From: Tubiluchus corallicola
Taxonomy: Eukaryota; Animalia; Priapulida
Length of the DNA stretch: 64,000 nucleotides
Direction: 5' to 3'
NCBI GenBank assembly: GCA_030141605.1
Contig: JAQGDQ010000048.1
Span: 1-64,000 of the forward strand
Below are positions 1 to 11,698 of this stretch, piece after piece. Position numbers and translations under genes: made by a program. Numbering within the stretch: the stretch's first letter is position 1; the number at the start of each line of letters is the position of its first letter. A model generated the notes under the pieces. It was given only the letters and a program-made list of their open reading frames with translations, was not told the origin of the DNA and made no database searches.

Positions 1-119
1 TCTGTCATATCTGTTTGTTATGCTCAGTATACACAGCAGAAAATTCCCATACAAGTGCTGTATCTGTTTATCTTTGCGCTTTGCACTAAATAATCATACT
101 CAAGTGTGCACTACATTCA

Positions 120-497
120 TGTTGTGGAGATTCATTAGAAATAAACAGAAAATTGTAGAATGTTCTATAGTATAGTAGAACCAATCTTTTTACCTTGTAG
201 AAGAAATTGTAGATTCTAGAACTTTCTATATGCGATGCGCGTAGTAGTTTCTAGATCGTTCTGGTGTTGTCCATTTGGATTGATATATATAAGGCGGAGC
301 TGGCCGCTCAAGTTTATTCTCATATTCTCAGATACGCACACGCTCGCTTACATGTTTCCAGATTATCACTTGACTGTACATATTTTGAGTTCCTTCATAC
401 TTTTGTGTTGTGGAATTCTCACACAATAAACCTATTTAATTTGACAATGTGTTTTCTTGTTTTCTCTACGAGCCGTCTGAGAGAAAGAAACACAACA
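120..497 (+). mobile_element. Solo LTR (TGTTGTG...CACAACA), BEL/Pao-like, copy 1
   Basis: Inverted termini TGTTGTG/CACAACA, exact 5-bp TSD ATTCA (115-119 and 498-502), internal TATA-like motif and AATAAA; homologous to 15840-16168. Confidence 0.85.
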
Positions 498-935
498 ATT
501 CAATAACAATGTAAAACATACCTCACTTACAAAAGACCTTCAAGAATCAAGAACAATGCAACAAATACAGTATTATCTTTTGCATAAACTTCAAACAATG
601 AGTGAGCATATGCAACAACCTTTTCTGGTTAACTTTTGCCTCAAAAATTGCTATACTTAAGTGACTTACAATATATATATAAACAGCTTCTTATTACCTT
701 TATAAGTTCAAAATAGATCATTATATTAATAGCTATTTGACAGTTGGATAGAAGATGAATTTACTAAAGCAATAAATGTGTCCATGGCGAGTCAAATCTG
801 CAAAAATAAATGTGGAATCCTGTTGGAGTCTGTAATATTACTGGCTTTTCTATATGTAATACAAATCATGATCATGTATCACATACAACAACAGAGAACA
901 CAAACTTGTCCAGTTTAATTAAAATCACTATAAAG

Positions 936-1259
936 TCACCATCTTGAAAGCTGGTATTTTTTAGCCACACTGTGAAATGAATGCATGTGATACAACAGTT
1001 TTTCTTCTATTTTCTCTAATGCTGCAAGAGTAAAAATAATCGTCTGATGTTTTAACATACTGTATACATTAAGTCCATAAACAGGCATTGCATTAAAACT
1101 TGGCAGTTTGTCCAAAGCCACGGCCATGTTCCTTGGAATAATGTCACTGTTGTCCACATACAAGACGGACAGTCCCCAATTTCTAGCTTCTGCCATGTCC
1201 TCAAGAAACTGAGAATCATTAGTTGGTATATCCAAAGAATCAACAATGAACAATGAGTC
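936..1259 (-). CDS. MRPL4: Mitochondrial ribosomal protein uL4m, last coding exon
   Basis: ttttacag acceptor, DSLFIVDSLDIPT...WGLSVLYVD...GLNVYSMLKHQTIIFTLAALEKIEEKLL, stop at 936; phase 0 join with the upstream exon. Confidence 0.93.
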   Translation of the reverse strand, partial: DSLFIVDSLDIPTNDSQFLEDMAEARNWGLSVLYVDNSDIIPRNMAVALDKLPSFNAMPVYGLNVYSMLKHQTIIFTLAALEKIEEKLLYHMHSFHSVAKKYQLSRW

Positions 1260-1904
1260 CTGTAAAACATACAGATGCTAATGTTATAAAGTTGAAGATT
1301 CGTTCTTTTTTATTAAATTATAATAAACATTTTTTTCATAAATTGTGTGCATTATAAATGTTAAAGATAAACTATTATTAGTTATACTAAGTTAACCAAA
1401 AAATATCATGTATATTTTTAACTAAACCAAACAAGGCTTTCAGGCAGTTGAATAACACAATAACTGCTAGAAAGCATTTTGAAGTTTACAGGTTAAGATA
1501 TTAAAAAAGTAGTCTGAAAACATTAAAAATTCTAGACAAAACCAAACGTTGGTGTAAAAATAACTTCTAATAATTCAGATTATCTGAGAACAAGATATCT
1601 TATGTCAAATACCAAAATTAATCTGTTATGTATATGCAACTAGCTTTATATAGATACCCAGAAATATTTAACCCAACACACATTCTTGCAATGAATAGCT
1701 GGTGATGTATAGTTAATGATAAAAGGATTCCATTTCCAACACCCCAGTAATGACACAAGAACAATGGAAACAGCCTAATTATGCTAATCGTCATGTTGTT
1801 ACTTGGTACTCTATGCATGGGTCCCACCACAAAACATGCAGTAATCATTGTTTTTCATCAGAGGTTGATTGTGTATGATTATTATATATATTATATGTTC
1901 TTAA

Positions 1905-2337
1905 AGGCCTATATAACCCCAACGGACATTAAAGTTTTTTAACGCATAATTATGATTACACAAAATATTCATAGTTATTATTAAAGAAAAGAAACTTATA
2001 AATTAAATAAGTTACCTTTTTCTGGCGAATTTCGAGCGAGTGCCATAAGAGATCACCATGTTTCGCGTCTTTGGCGCCAGTGAGCAAGAATGACGTGCGT
2101 AGTGCAAAATGGTTACCAATCTTTGGTGACTTTGTGAATGTACTCATTACGTTGTTCGTCTCGCGCGAAGAAAAATGGCAGTTCTTCAAATTTAATACCG
2201 CTAACAACGAAGTGATAAAAAATCAAAAGAAACAAGTTTTACATTGTTTATAATAAAATAAATTCTATATTTGTAATGAATAGGATTTTAAAATTATATT
2301 GCAAAAGCTTATATTGTAGTGAGGGTATAGTTTCACT
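1905..2337. mobile_element. Putative non-autonomous DNA transposon (Kolobok-like termini) in the MRPL4 intron
   Basis: TTAA on both flanks; imperfect TIRs AGGCCTATATAACCCC / rc AGTGAAACTATACCCTC. Confidence 0.4.
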
Positions 2338-2619
2338 TTAAGCAAGAAAAATACCACCTGGTCTCTTGCAGCAATAATGCTTGTCCTTTGAGCAGTTGGG
2401 CTTTGTAGCCCATACAAGTTTAGAATTATGCAATTAATTGTCAGCAGTTTTGTTCGCTGGGCAGTATTGTTTGAATTTCTTGTTATATTATTGTAATGTT
2501 TTGAAAATTTTGTTACACCCAACAGGTGAAATAGATTGAGATAAATCAAATTCACATATAAATGCTATAACCTATCATTAATTCTCGCTTATAAAAATAG
2601 AAATGATAAATTTAGGCAC

Positions 2620-3207
2620 CTGAGTAAACTTCACGGTAATTGCCACACGTAAACCAAGAACTCGTTCCGGGTGCGGTATTAAATAGAACATAGATTTTGG
2701 TCCTCGTGGGCCGTGACTTACACCGCCTCCTTTCCAAATTGGAGAACGAATGCTACCATGCCTTGCCCTCCCTGTGCCTTTTTGAGGCCAAGGTTTCCTT
2801 CCCCCTCCTTTAACTTCAGCACGAGTGGGTGTCCAGTCAAAATTGATTTTCTTGTAAGTTTTCTGCCATTCAACATTTTGGTGCAAAATGTCCACTCTTG
2901 GCATTGTCGCAAAAATATTAGGATGTACGTCTACAATTCCTAGCTTAACTGCATCAACAGTATCCATGTTTTGCACCCACGCCTGCCTGGGCACTTCTGC
3001 TGGTGGCAAAAATTTCAATTTACGAGAAGTGATAATAGGCAAATGTCTTTCAGGAACAGCAATGCTAGAATCACTCTCAGTGACATCTCCAATATCGGAT
3101 TCGTGATGCACTGGGCTTTGTTTAGTGACAGAGAACGATATGCACCGAGTCCCCAACCGACACACACATCCCGATAGCAACTGAGCAAATGAATTATTTC
3201 GAATCAT
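2620..3207 (-). CDS. MRPL4: Mitochondrial ribosomal protein uL4m, first coding exon
   Basis: uL4 signature [43 protein letters not shown]; presequence-like N-terminus; donor CAG|GTGCC at 2619; 588 nt. Confidence 0.95.
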
Positions 3208-4299
3208 TGTCAGTCTTCACCTATTGTTACTAACAACCTATCATCACATTTAATCCAACTCTGAAACAACAAAATAATAGTAAAAAAAATGACAAGACAA
3301 TCTTATTAAAACAATCTGCAGCAAAGTAAAATGTGTAAAATCTCAGCCACTATTAATGAAATACATAAGTACCTCCAAAACCCAAGAGTTTATATAGCTA
3401 CAGTATATATCATATAGCATAGAGTCTACAGCAGGTTAACTGTTGCGGAAGCAAAAAACACACTAAAATATTATAGCCATGTAAGCGTGTAGGAAGTACA
3501 ATGAAAAAACCTTAACTATATAAAGAAAAGTGTCAATATATAAACATGTATGAGCTTCACAGCAGAATCTTGTTCTTTCACCCCGAGTTTCTATTTATTT
3601 ATTTTCATTCTTTGTGCAATTTTGGTTTTTAATAACTTGTATACACATGGGACTAAGGTCACAAAACTCACAGGGCACACTTCTGTGGCAGGAGGATTTA
3701 TGTTTGCGCACGACCCACCATCCCTGAGTAACTGATTATGGAGAAGGCAGGGCTTTTTGTTCTTTCATTAGGCTGGATCTCCTCCCACTGTTTTTAAGCT
3801 GGGCCACAATTTTTGGTATGTGACTACTTAAGGCAGAGATCTTGTACATAGAAGAATATGAGCCATACATGTGCATATCGGAAAATTTTTAGTAAGGGGC
3901 AAAAAGCCATTATCGAGATGGTCTTGGACACCAACACTTCCAGCACTTGTTATTATATTAAATTAAATGTATTATATTAAATGAAAAGTCTCGACGAGAC
4001 AAATCGAATGGTTTAAGTTTTGCTAACTTTGGTGGACCCTGGACCTCAACGTCACAGTCGAAAGATAAGACGAAGCGATTTCAGTGTTGAAATGTATGCA
4101 AAAACACCACAGAAAAAATATTTGTTGGGCACGTCATGAGAATGTTTAAGGAATTTTTTAGCTCTTTAGAAAGAGAAGGAGCAGGGCTACAAAGTGATGT
4201 AATTTTATTCTGAAAGCACCTAAAGAAGAGAGAACATCAAACAACTGATTCTAGGCAGAGGAGCACAAAATTCATGTCTGAAACTGGGCTCATGTGCAA

Positions 4300-5250
4300 T
4301 GCACATGACCGAAGTGTAGTGGTGTTGGGTGCTATCACTATAATACTTTATACATGAGTGTAGTTGATGAAAGGGGAAACTCAATTAATAAGAGTATTAG
4401 AACTTTTGCATCTAAATATTCTACGTTCAAATCCCAGTTAAAGCTTAGTACCTGACACACTTCTGATAAATATGGTACAAGCGGTAACTCTACACTTTTT
4501 AGCTTTTAATGCTGTAATAAGCATCATACAAAATGGCATCTCTCCCCGAGAGTTAGATATAGAAAAACATGGTTGTGCCCTCACTGAACAATGATGTTAC
4601 AATATTTATTATATTAGTTATAAAAATAAGCTTTTACATGACTACGTCAGGTGAGTATATGAATGAGCAAAAAAATTATAAAATTCCCGGCAATGGGTGT
4701 GCAAAAAATATTACCCGGGAGATTAAATGGAAACAGAAGTATTTTTATTGTTGGCCTAACTAACAGTGGAATACATGTGTCGGGGATACAATAAGTAACG
4801 TCATGGATAAAAAATAAAAAACAATAGGGGCCCAACAAAGCCCCAGGAATGCTGCTGGTTACATTTCTGCAGGAAGTAGTTATGCCATTTAAAACTGCTT
4901 GTTGACAACATAAGTTAGGAAATACTGAAACCATTGGACTTTACCTTTTATAGCGGCAAATTCCATTTCTAGAATGAAAAGATAGAATGGCAGAGTTGAA
5001 CCTGTCCTTTCTAAACTTAATATACAGAATATAAATGGGGGAGAAGGATTATCAAAAAATTGGGATCAGTGACCAGTCATTTAGGCATTCAAGAAGATTT
5101 GTTACAAAAGGAAAGTTGTGGTAATGAATCGTGTTTGTAGTTACAAAATAGGCCAGAAAATAACAGAATATATCATACCACAACAGTGATTCAAGACACA
5201 GAAACAATGGAAGACAGACATATAGGACACAATTCGTTACACGTTAAATT
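4300..5250 (-). mobile_element. Degenerate LINE reverse transcriptase fragment (CR1/L2-like)
   Basis: Minus-strand translation QAVLNGITTSCRNVTSSIPGALLGPYCFLFFIHD resembles the RT motif GVPQGSxLGPxxFxxxIND; frameshifted; boundaries approximate. Confidence 0.6.
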
Positions 5251-5318
5251 GGTTACAGTTTTTTAGGAATAGGGGATACGTTTCTCATATTTGACAAAAG
5301 TTTCTTTTCACTGACTTT

Positions 5319-5378
5319 GGGTAGAAGACTAATTGGTCTGTTGCTGCCATTTCTCCTGCACCCCCTGACACATTCCTT

Positions 5379-5429
<51 letters not shown>

Positions 5430-5498
5430 CACTTACTGTTTATCTTGTAATTCTGGTGTTAATTGGGAGATAAATAAAAATGTCTATGTCTAAATGTC
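5319..5498 (+). mobile_element. Isolated 3' end of a CR1-type LINE related to the 11.7-17.2 kb element, containing a (TA)n(GA)n microsatellite
   Basis: gggtag..gact..aattggtct..ttctcc.gcacccc and gagataaataaaa.tgtctatgtct are shared with 17090-17245. Confidence 0.7.
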
Positions 5499-6125
5499 AA
5501 TGTTACTTCGTTCCTGTCGAATGCCCGTTATGTACGCCCTATATCGTAGATACTGGTCGGACAGAATTTTTAATTACCTGCAGTTATTAAAATACAATTT
5601 AATTACAATAGAATTCGCAGTTTTTATTCAGTTTTTATATTAATGTAGACAAGCGCATAAGAGCATCATACAGTATAATCTTTTTGGCTGTCGATTTGAG
5701 AAGGAAAACCAATATAGTTAATTCACGTTGATTTTTTTTCTATGTTATATAGCTTCGATCACAAGTTCCAGCTATTATTTTATAGTCGTTTCATTGTCGT
5801 CGTCGTCGTAATGAGGAAAATATTGCCTAACAACAAAATTTTAAATGGGGATGTCATTAAAACTGAAGAGGCTGATGACTTGCGAGAAGTAATTTATTAC
5901 ATAAAAGAAGCAAAGGAGTTGAGAAAAATAAGAGATTTTGAACTCAAGTTGTTTAAGGATGACTAAACAAGAAGTTTAAAACATTTTGTGATTAACGCCT
6001 GGCACATTTTCTCTTTGTTTAAAGGAGTTAATTGTGTCTGGCTGCCTGTTAAATCTACAGAGCGGGCAAAGCGAAGACCATGTCGTTTGCGTGCTTATAC
6101 GTTCTAAAATATTCCACGATTTATC

Positions 6126-9100
6126 TAGTGCAGTACGCTAGGTCAGAAATTTGAGGCTAACTCGAATTTTGTGGCTAGTTTTGTCAAATTGAGGATGCTG
6201 AATTCGAAAAATGTGATTTTTTCACGCACATAAAATGGCCGGCACTAAAATTTAAAAATTAGGCTTGTTGCTTAACTACTCCCAAGGATTTAAGCTAAGT
6301 CCCGTCCATTTTTTCACAAATCTGGAGGTGTGGCCCGGTGGCGATAGATGTGCATTAAAGGAAAGCCGGGCCCAGTCTTAAACTCTAGTTCAAAACAATC
6401 TTCCCATTAAAATATTTATATTAAAGGAAACGTACCACTTTTTCAAGAATGATTTATATGAAAGAATTGTTACCACCGACATGCAATTTTGCGTTCATTT
6501 TGCGATTTGCTAGTTAGGCCTGCAGTCTAGAAAGGCTATATTCTAGAAACACGTACAAAAAACAGGTGCTCAGTTTAAAGATGTTCGGTTCTGACATAGT
6601 ACACCCATTCGAGAGTTCATGCATGAGCACAGCAGTATAAGCATCAAATTTAAATTTTAAATTTGCCAAGTGTTTGTGTAATCACACTGAATGTTGTACA
6701 ATAGCACTGTATTTCAATTTTCGCTCTCGCAAATACATGCAATATGCTCACGGAGTTTTTGCACTATTGAAAAAATGTTCAGTTCTGATGTTATCACTAG
6801 CTGTGCTTTAATCCCGTCACTAATTAAGGTTTTAATCTACTATTTAATTATCAGAAACGCCTTGGCGTTATTATAGGTGTTAAAAATATACTTTTCGCCG
6901 TGCTCCAAAACGGGTAGGATAAGAAAAATCATCCCGTTATTCTTTAAGTATCTTTTAAAAAGTGGGCATGGCTGTAAATCGCGTGACAAGGATCAAAACG
7001 TCAAAATGAAGGTATTGAACTGCTTTCGTCTCGCAACTCCTCTTGTAGTATATTGTGGTAGTAATTATGTACATGTGCTGCTGGGCGTAGGTATAGATGT
7101 ACATTAAGTTTTTTTTTTAAAAGTGGTAGGGGCCACGTCACGTAACATAGATGAAAGTGTAAAAGTATGTCCATGTCAATAATCGAGAATGTACATTGTA
7201 CAGCAGCTCGAATCATGGAAACGTGTTTTGCAGGAACGAGGAATAGCTCAAGGTTTTGAAGGAACCGCGCATTGACTTGAACAAAAGGGTCAAGGTCAGT
7301 AGACATTTGTCGAGCCAACAACTCACAAGTTACAGCACCCAAGTCATGAAACACTTATACACCTACAGTAAGTGCTCACACAAAGGTGTAAACTTTTTTG
7401 ACCTATTGTAAAAGGTTGTGACCAGCAGACATTTTTAGGAACTTCATCTTGCTGCACTTGATGAACAATTAATCCCTATAATATGCTCGTCAAGTTTTTC
7501 TCATGATCTATATGTATGCATCCAGTGCCTCATCTAGCTCCTGTCTAGATGCTTAAATGCAGCAACTAAAATGTTTTGATCAAAAAATTTGGGATGCCAT
7601 AAAGTTTGGTGATTTAATGCCAAATAAATCTGGTGTTCCGTTTACCAACCTTTTTGTAGATCAGTTACTGCAACGACTTGTCAGAGAAATGCAGAAGAAT
7701 TACTGGCACACCACATGAAGAAGCACTTGATAGGCTTTTGTTGATTGCCCCTGAGCTGATTAATTTAATAATTCTGTGACAATTATTTGCCTGAGAAAAC
7801 ATACTCTGCAACCAAATAACATTATCAACTAAGTAATTCCGCACCAATGCGCATATTCAGCTATTCAGACGTTATTTAAAAGCAGAATATTTTAAAACAT
7901 AGTGATGGTAGATGGTAACCCTTTCTAGTGTAAAACAACAAGTTTAAAACAACCTTATGAACATAGTATCTAATATGGAAGTACCACAACCTGCCGACGC
8001 AGACGTTCTTTTCGGAGATGACAAAGGTAGAAATAACTTCGAAGAGTTTAAATCACAGCGGCTGGTCTCATCTACAGCTTATAAAACAATATGGAATCTC
8101 AATGACGAAAAACAATGTTGAAGACGTTCATCACCTGCCAGAAAGCTATCAGTTGCAAAGTTCACAGCAAAATGCTGAAGTTGAGAGAAGTCGCCAATTA
8201 CTCGCAAGCTTGCATATCGTACAACAATCCCGTCCTAGCACGAGTCAGTCTTGAAGGCAAGCAATCGGAAAATACGAATGTTCGATCATCCCTAGATCAC
8301 TTTTGTTTATCAACTGAAAAGTTGCAACAACATAAGAGTTAATCTCATATCTCTTATCAATAAGGGGCACGACTATTATACCACCACTGATAATAGATGA
8401 GATGAAACACCAGATGGAATAATAATTCTGAAGAAACGTCTGGAGCCGCCGTCACCCGAAGCTGCAATTGAACCATAGTCAAATGTGGATGTCGCTGTCA
8501 ACGTGCTAACGACTGTTCCTTTCGGAAAGAAAATATTATCCACTGAACTTTGCAGATGCAGTGATGTTGATATCACATTGCATTAAGCGCATCGTGTTAA
8601 GAACTTCAAGAAAATGATTAAGCACTAGGTAGTTCTAATTTACTCTTTAGTCCATGACTATTGGAATCCTTAATTTCAAAAATGCACTTTTTGCAATGAG
8701 CCTATTATGTAAAGAGTATAATATATGTCAAAATTCTCTAAAAAAACTTCTAAAACTGAGTTTGCATATTCGTGTATAACTTTCACACACTAAAAAGAAG
8801 CTGTCAATGTCGGCCATTCCGAAACCTAAAATGAAGATAGCGGCTAGAGTTGTGGATGAGAAAAGCGGCACCTAATATTTTTGAAATCAGTGCACCAAAA
8901 TTGACAAAGAAAGCCAATAAAATCGGTTTTTGTGCAAAACGCCAGTGCGATATAACCGTGCTTAAACGAAGGTCAGTAAAGGTTTGCAACATTGTGTGAG
9001 CACTTAAATGATACTGTAATTTTTGATCTGTTGGATCTTATAACGGAAACTGACCAATGTCCAGCGACATTTACCCTTTGATCCAAGGTCACTAGTTGCT

Positions 9101-9915
9101 ATACCATACTTTGTGCTACTATTCCTGGTGTAATACCTGCATAACAAGTTTTGTGAATCTACAATTTGCTATTTTCGAGTTATTGACATAATAAGACTTT
9201 TCTCAGTTTCGTTGTGAGCACGCACAGTTGATGTAGGTCTAAGGTTAAGTGTACCACAGCAACGCGCCTAAGCTACAACCGTCACGTGACATCCGGGCAA
9301 AGCAAAGCCGTTTCCCGCATCAGTTCAGCAACGTCAGTTGTTTGTGTAGAGTGGCTTACTAGCAGGTTCTTGCTTGGAAACAAGAAAAAATGAAGTAGGT
9401 AAAGTTCAGGCTAGCTAATAAAACTGTTACTATTACAATACCAAGGGCTGCGAGTCGTTGTCAACTTACACAAATGCGTTGTCTGGTACACTTAAGCTTT
9501 GACCTTTTCACGATCATCGTCAATCGCTGGAACTGTGAAAAGGCTTATTACGACTCTGTTTTGACACTTTCACTCATGTCATGTGATTTGGTCCCGCCTA
9601 CTTTTTGGAAAATATCTAACCCACAGTTACCCATAAAATTTATGCAAAAACACCAGACCCTAGCAAAAATGCTGTAAGAATACTGTTGAGACTTACGAAG
9701 AAAACCTATCTCAAAGTCCTATGAGGAAGTCACAAACAAGCGTAATTATTAAGCAACAGCGGCGTCAATTTTTAAATCCAAGATAGCAGCAGAAGATGTA
9801 CATGAAAAAATGGCAGGCAACTGTCATTTTTGAATTTAGCACTTCCAAAATGACAAAACTGGCCGTAAAAAAATTAGCACAAAAGTCGAGTTGGAATTCT
9901 TGAGGGCCTGTACTA
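6126..9915. mobile_element. Decayed ~3.8 kb DNA transposon with imperfect TIRs (tentatively Academ-like)
   Basis: Termini TAGTGCAG...CTGTACTA, 3-bp flank ATC on both sides; 6131-6215 is an imperfect reverse complement of ~9826-9910; interior has broken ORFs. Confidence 0.55.
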
Positions 9916-10019
9916 ATCTACAGCTGTCAGGCACTCTTGTCCGCCGCTATTGGCCGGGATGTTACCCCTCAAAATTTGTATAGGGTTGCGTTTGCTAAAT
10001 ATTTTTGCTGTATATCTAT

Positions 10020-10440
10020 AAACGTCAGTATAGCTGACCCCACTCAACTTTTTTGTCGTTTCAAAAGTTTTAATGCTATAGGTAGAGGATATTTCCTCAG
10101 TACATGCCCCATCCAGTTAATGCAGTCTTCCTACTTGGATTTGTTTACTCTAAGGGTTCTTCTTTACCACGTCGCAGAGATCGTACATGGATATTCTGTC
10201 AAGCCATGTGATTTTTAATATTTTTCTCTAGAGACGTCTTTGCAAAGTGTCAATTTCCTTATGATGTTCAATTTTTATTGTCCATCTCAGCATTGTATAA
10301 AAATACGGGTGCAACGTTGAAATGATCCGATGGTTTCCAGGGAAAGTTTATTGTTTTCAAAGACAGTTGTGAGACCTGGAATAAGCAGGCAATACTAAAA
10401 TTCTCCTCCGTTGTATAATACGCTACCAAGGTATTATGCA
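10020..10440 (-). mobile_element. RTE-type LINE C-terminal fragment
   Basis: Minus strand reads PVFLYNAE/WTIKIEHHKEIDTLQRRL*RKILKITWLDRIS...GHVLR, typical of the RTE ORF C-terminus. Confidence 0.65.
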
Positions 10441-11698
10441 CCTTTTTATAATAATACGGTAAAACCGTCTTATTTCAACTTGTAAAAGTACACTACACCA
10501 CAACGATGTTTTTGCAAAGGGCGATTCTGCACAATCTTCGTTTTTACGTTTTTATCAATTTTCATAAGGCACATTTTATTGTTTTTTTATAAGTGCAGTT
10601 TCTATAAGTTCTTTTAGTACTTACAGTTGGTTCAGTCAGCATTAAATATAGCGCATCGCTCAGGAAATTCTCTCCCCATCAGGCGGGAATTAACGTGGTT
10701 GGCTCATTAAATTTCCAGTCCCTCTAATGACTTTTTTGAAAATAACATAAAATTATAATGAAAGGAATATTAACGTGCTTGGATCTGTCTCACTTGCTCA
10801 TTGGGGTTGGGGTTGCTTCATTGCGATCTAATTATGTTTTTATGCTGTGACATCTCTATTAAGTAATTTTGTATTTAAATTTTTATGATAAAATGGATGT
10901 TATAAAAATCCTAATTAACTGGAGTTGTAAATAGTACTTTCACGATATTGGTTCCATGGCAATTGGGAATAGGTTACTAACATGGATGGATTTCATCCAA
11001 ACGACCGCAACGGAAAATCTTTGATTCTGAATGATATACTTCATCTTGGCGAGCAGTCAAACATAGGATCGTGTGGTGGCGGAAGGTAGAAGATAGTGAG
11101 ATGTTTAGCGATGCGTAAACACACATAATGAATTATTAATGAACAAATTCCAAGGCAATGCTAAAATTAACGGTGTTCCAAACTATTTTACCCAGGTAGC
11201 TAGACAGAAAAAAACTTATTAATATAAGCCAGTAACTCCATGCTTCGCATTCCAGACTAGTTTGTGAAGTTCGTAGCATAGCACAATCAAGGGTAGTTTT
11301 ACTGCATGCTGTCATTGAATCCATTTTTCATAAAAATTTATGCCCTTTGTTGGATCACAATATACCCTTTGTTGGATCACATCCATTTATACATCGGAAT
11401 GAAAGAAACTCCAATACCTAAATGGCGTGATCCATTTAACGGGTATGTTTGAGGGACGATTTGGGAAAATGAATAATCGGGGCCCCATTACAGTCTGCGC
11501 AATTAATGATCATCCGTAATAAAAGTTATATTAATTCATGCAAAATTTCTGCCTCTTACTATAATTATAATAATGTAGGTTTATAAAATTTAAGTTGGGA
11601 AATATTTTCGATTATATTACCGAAAAATTTGTATTATAACATATGTTAAACCGATTTTTTGTCTGTAATCATCGATCGAGTGAATCAAATAGGCTATA

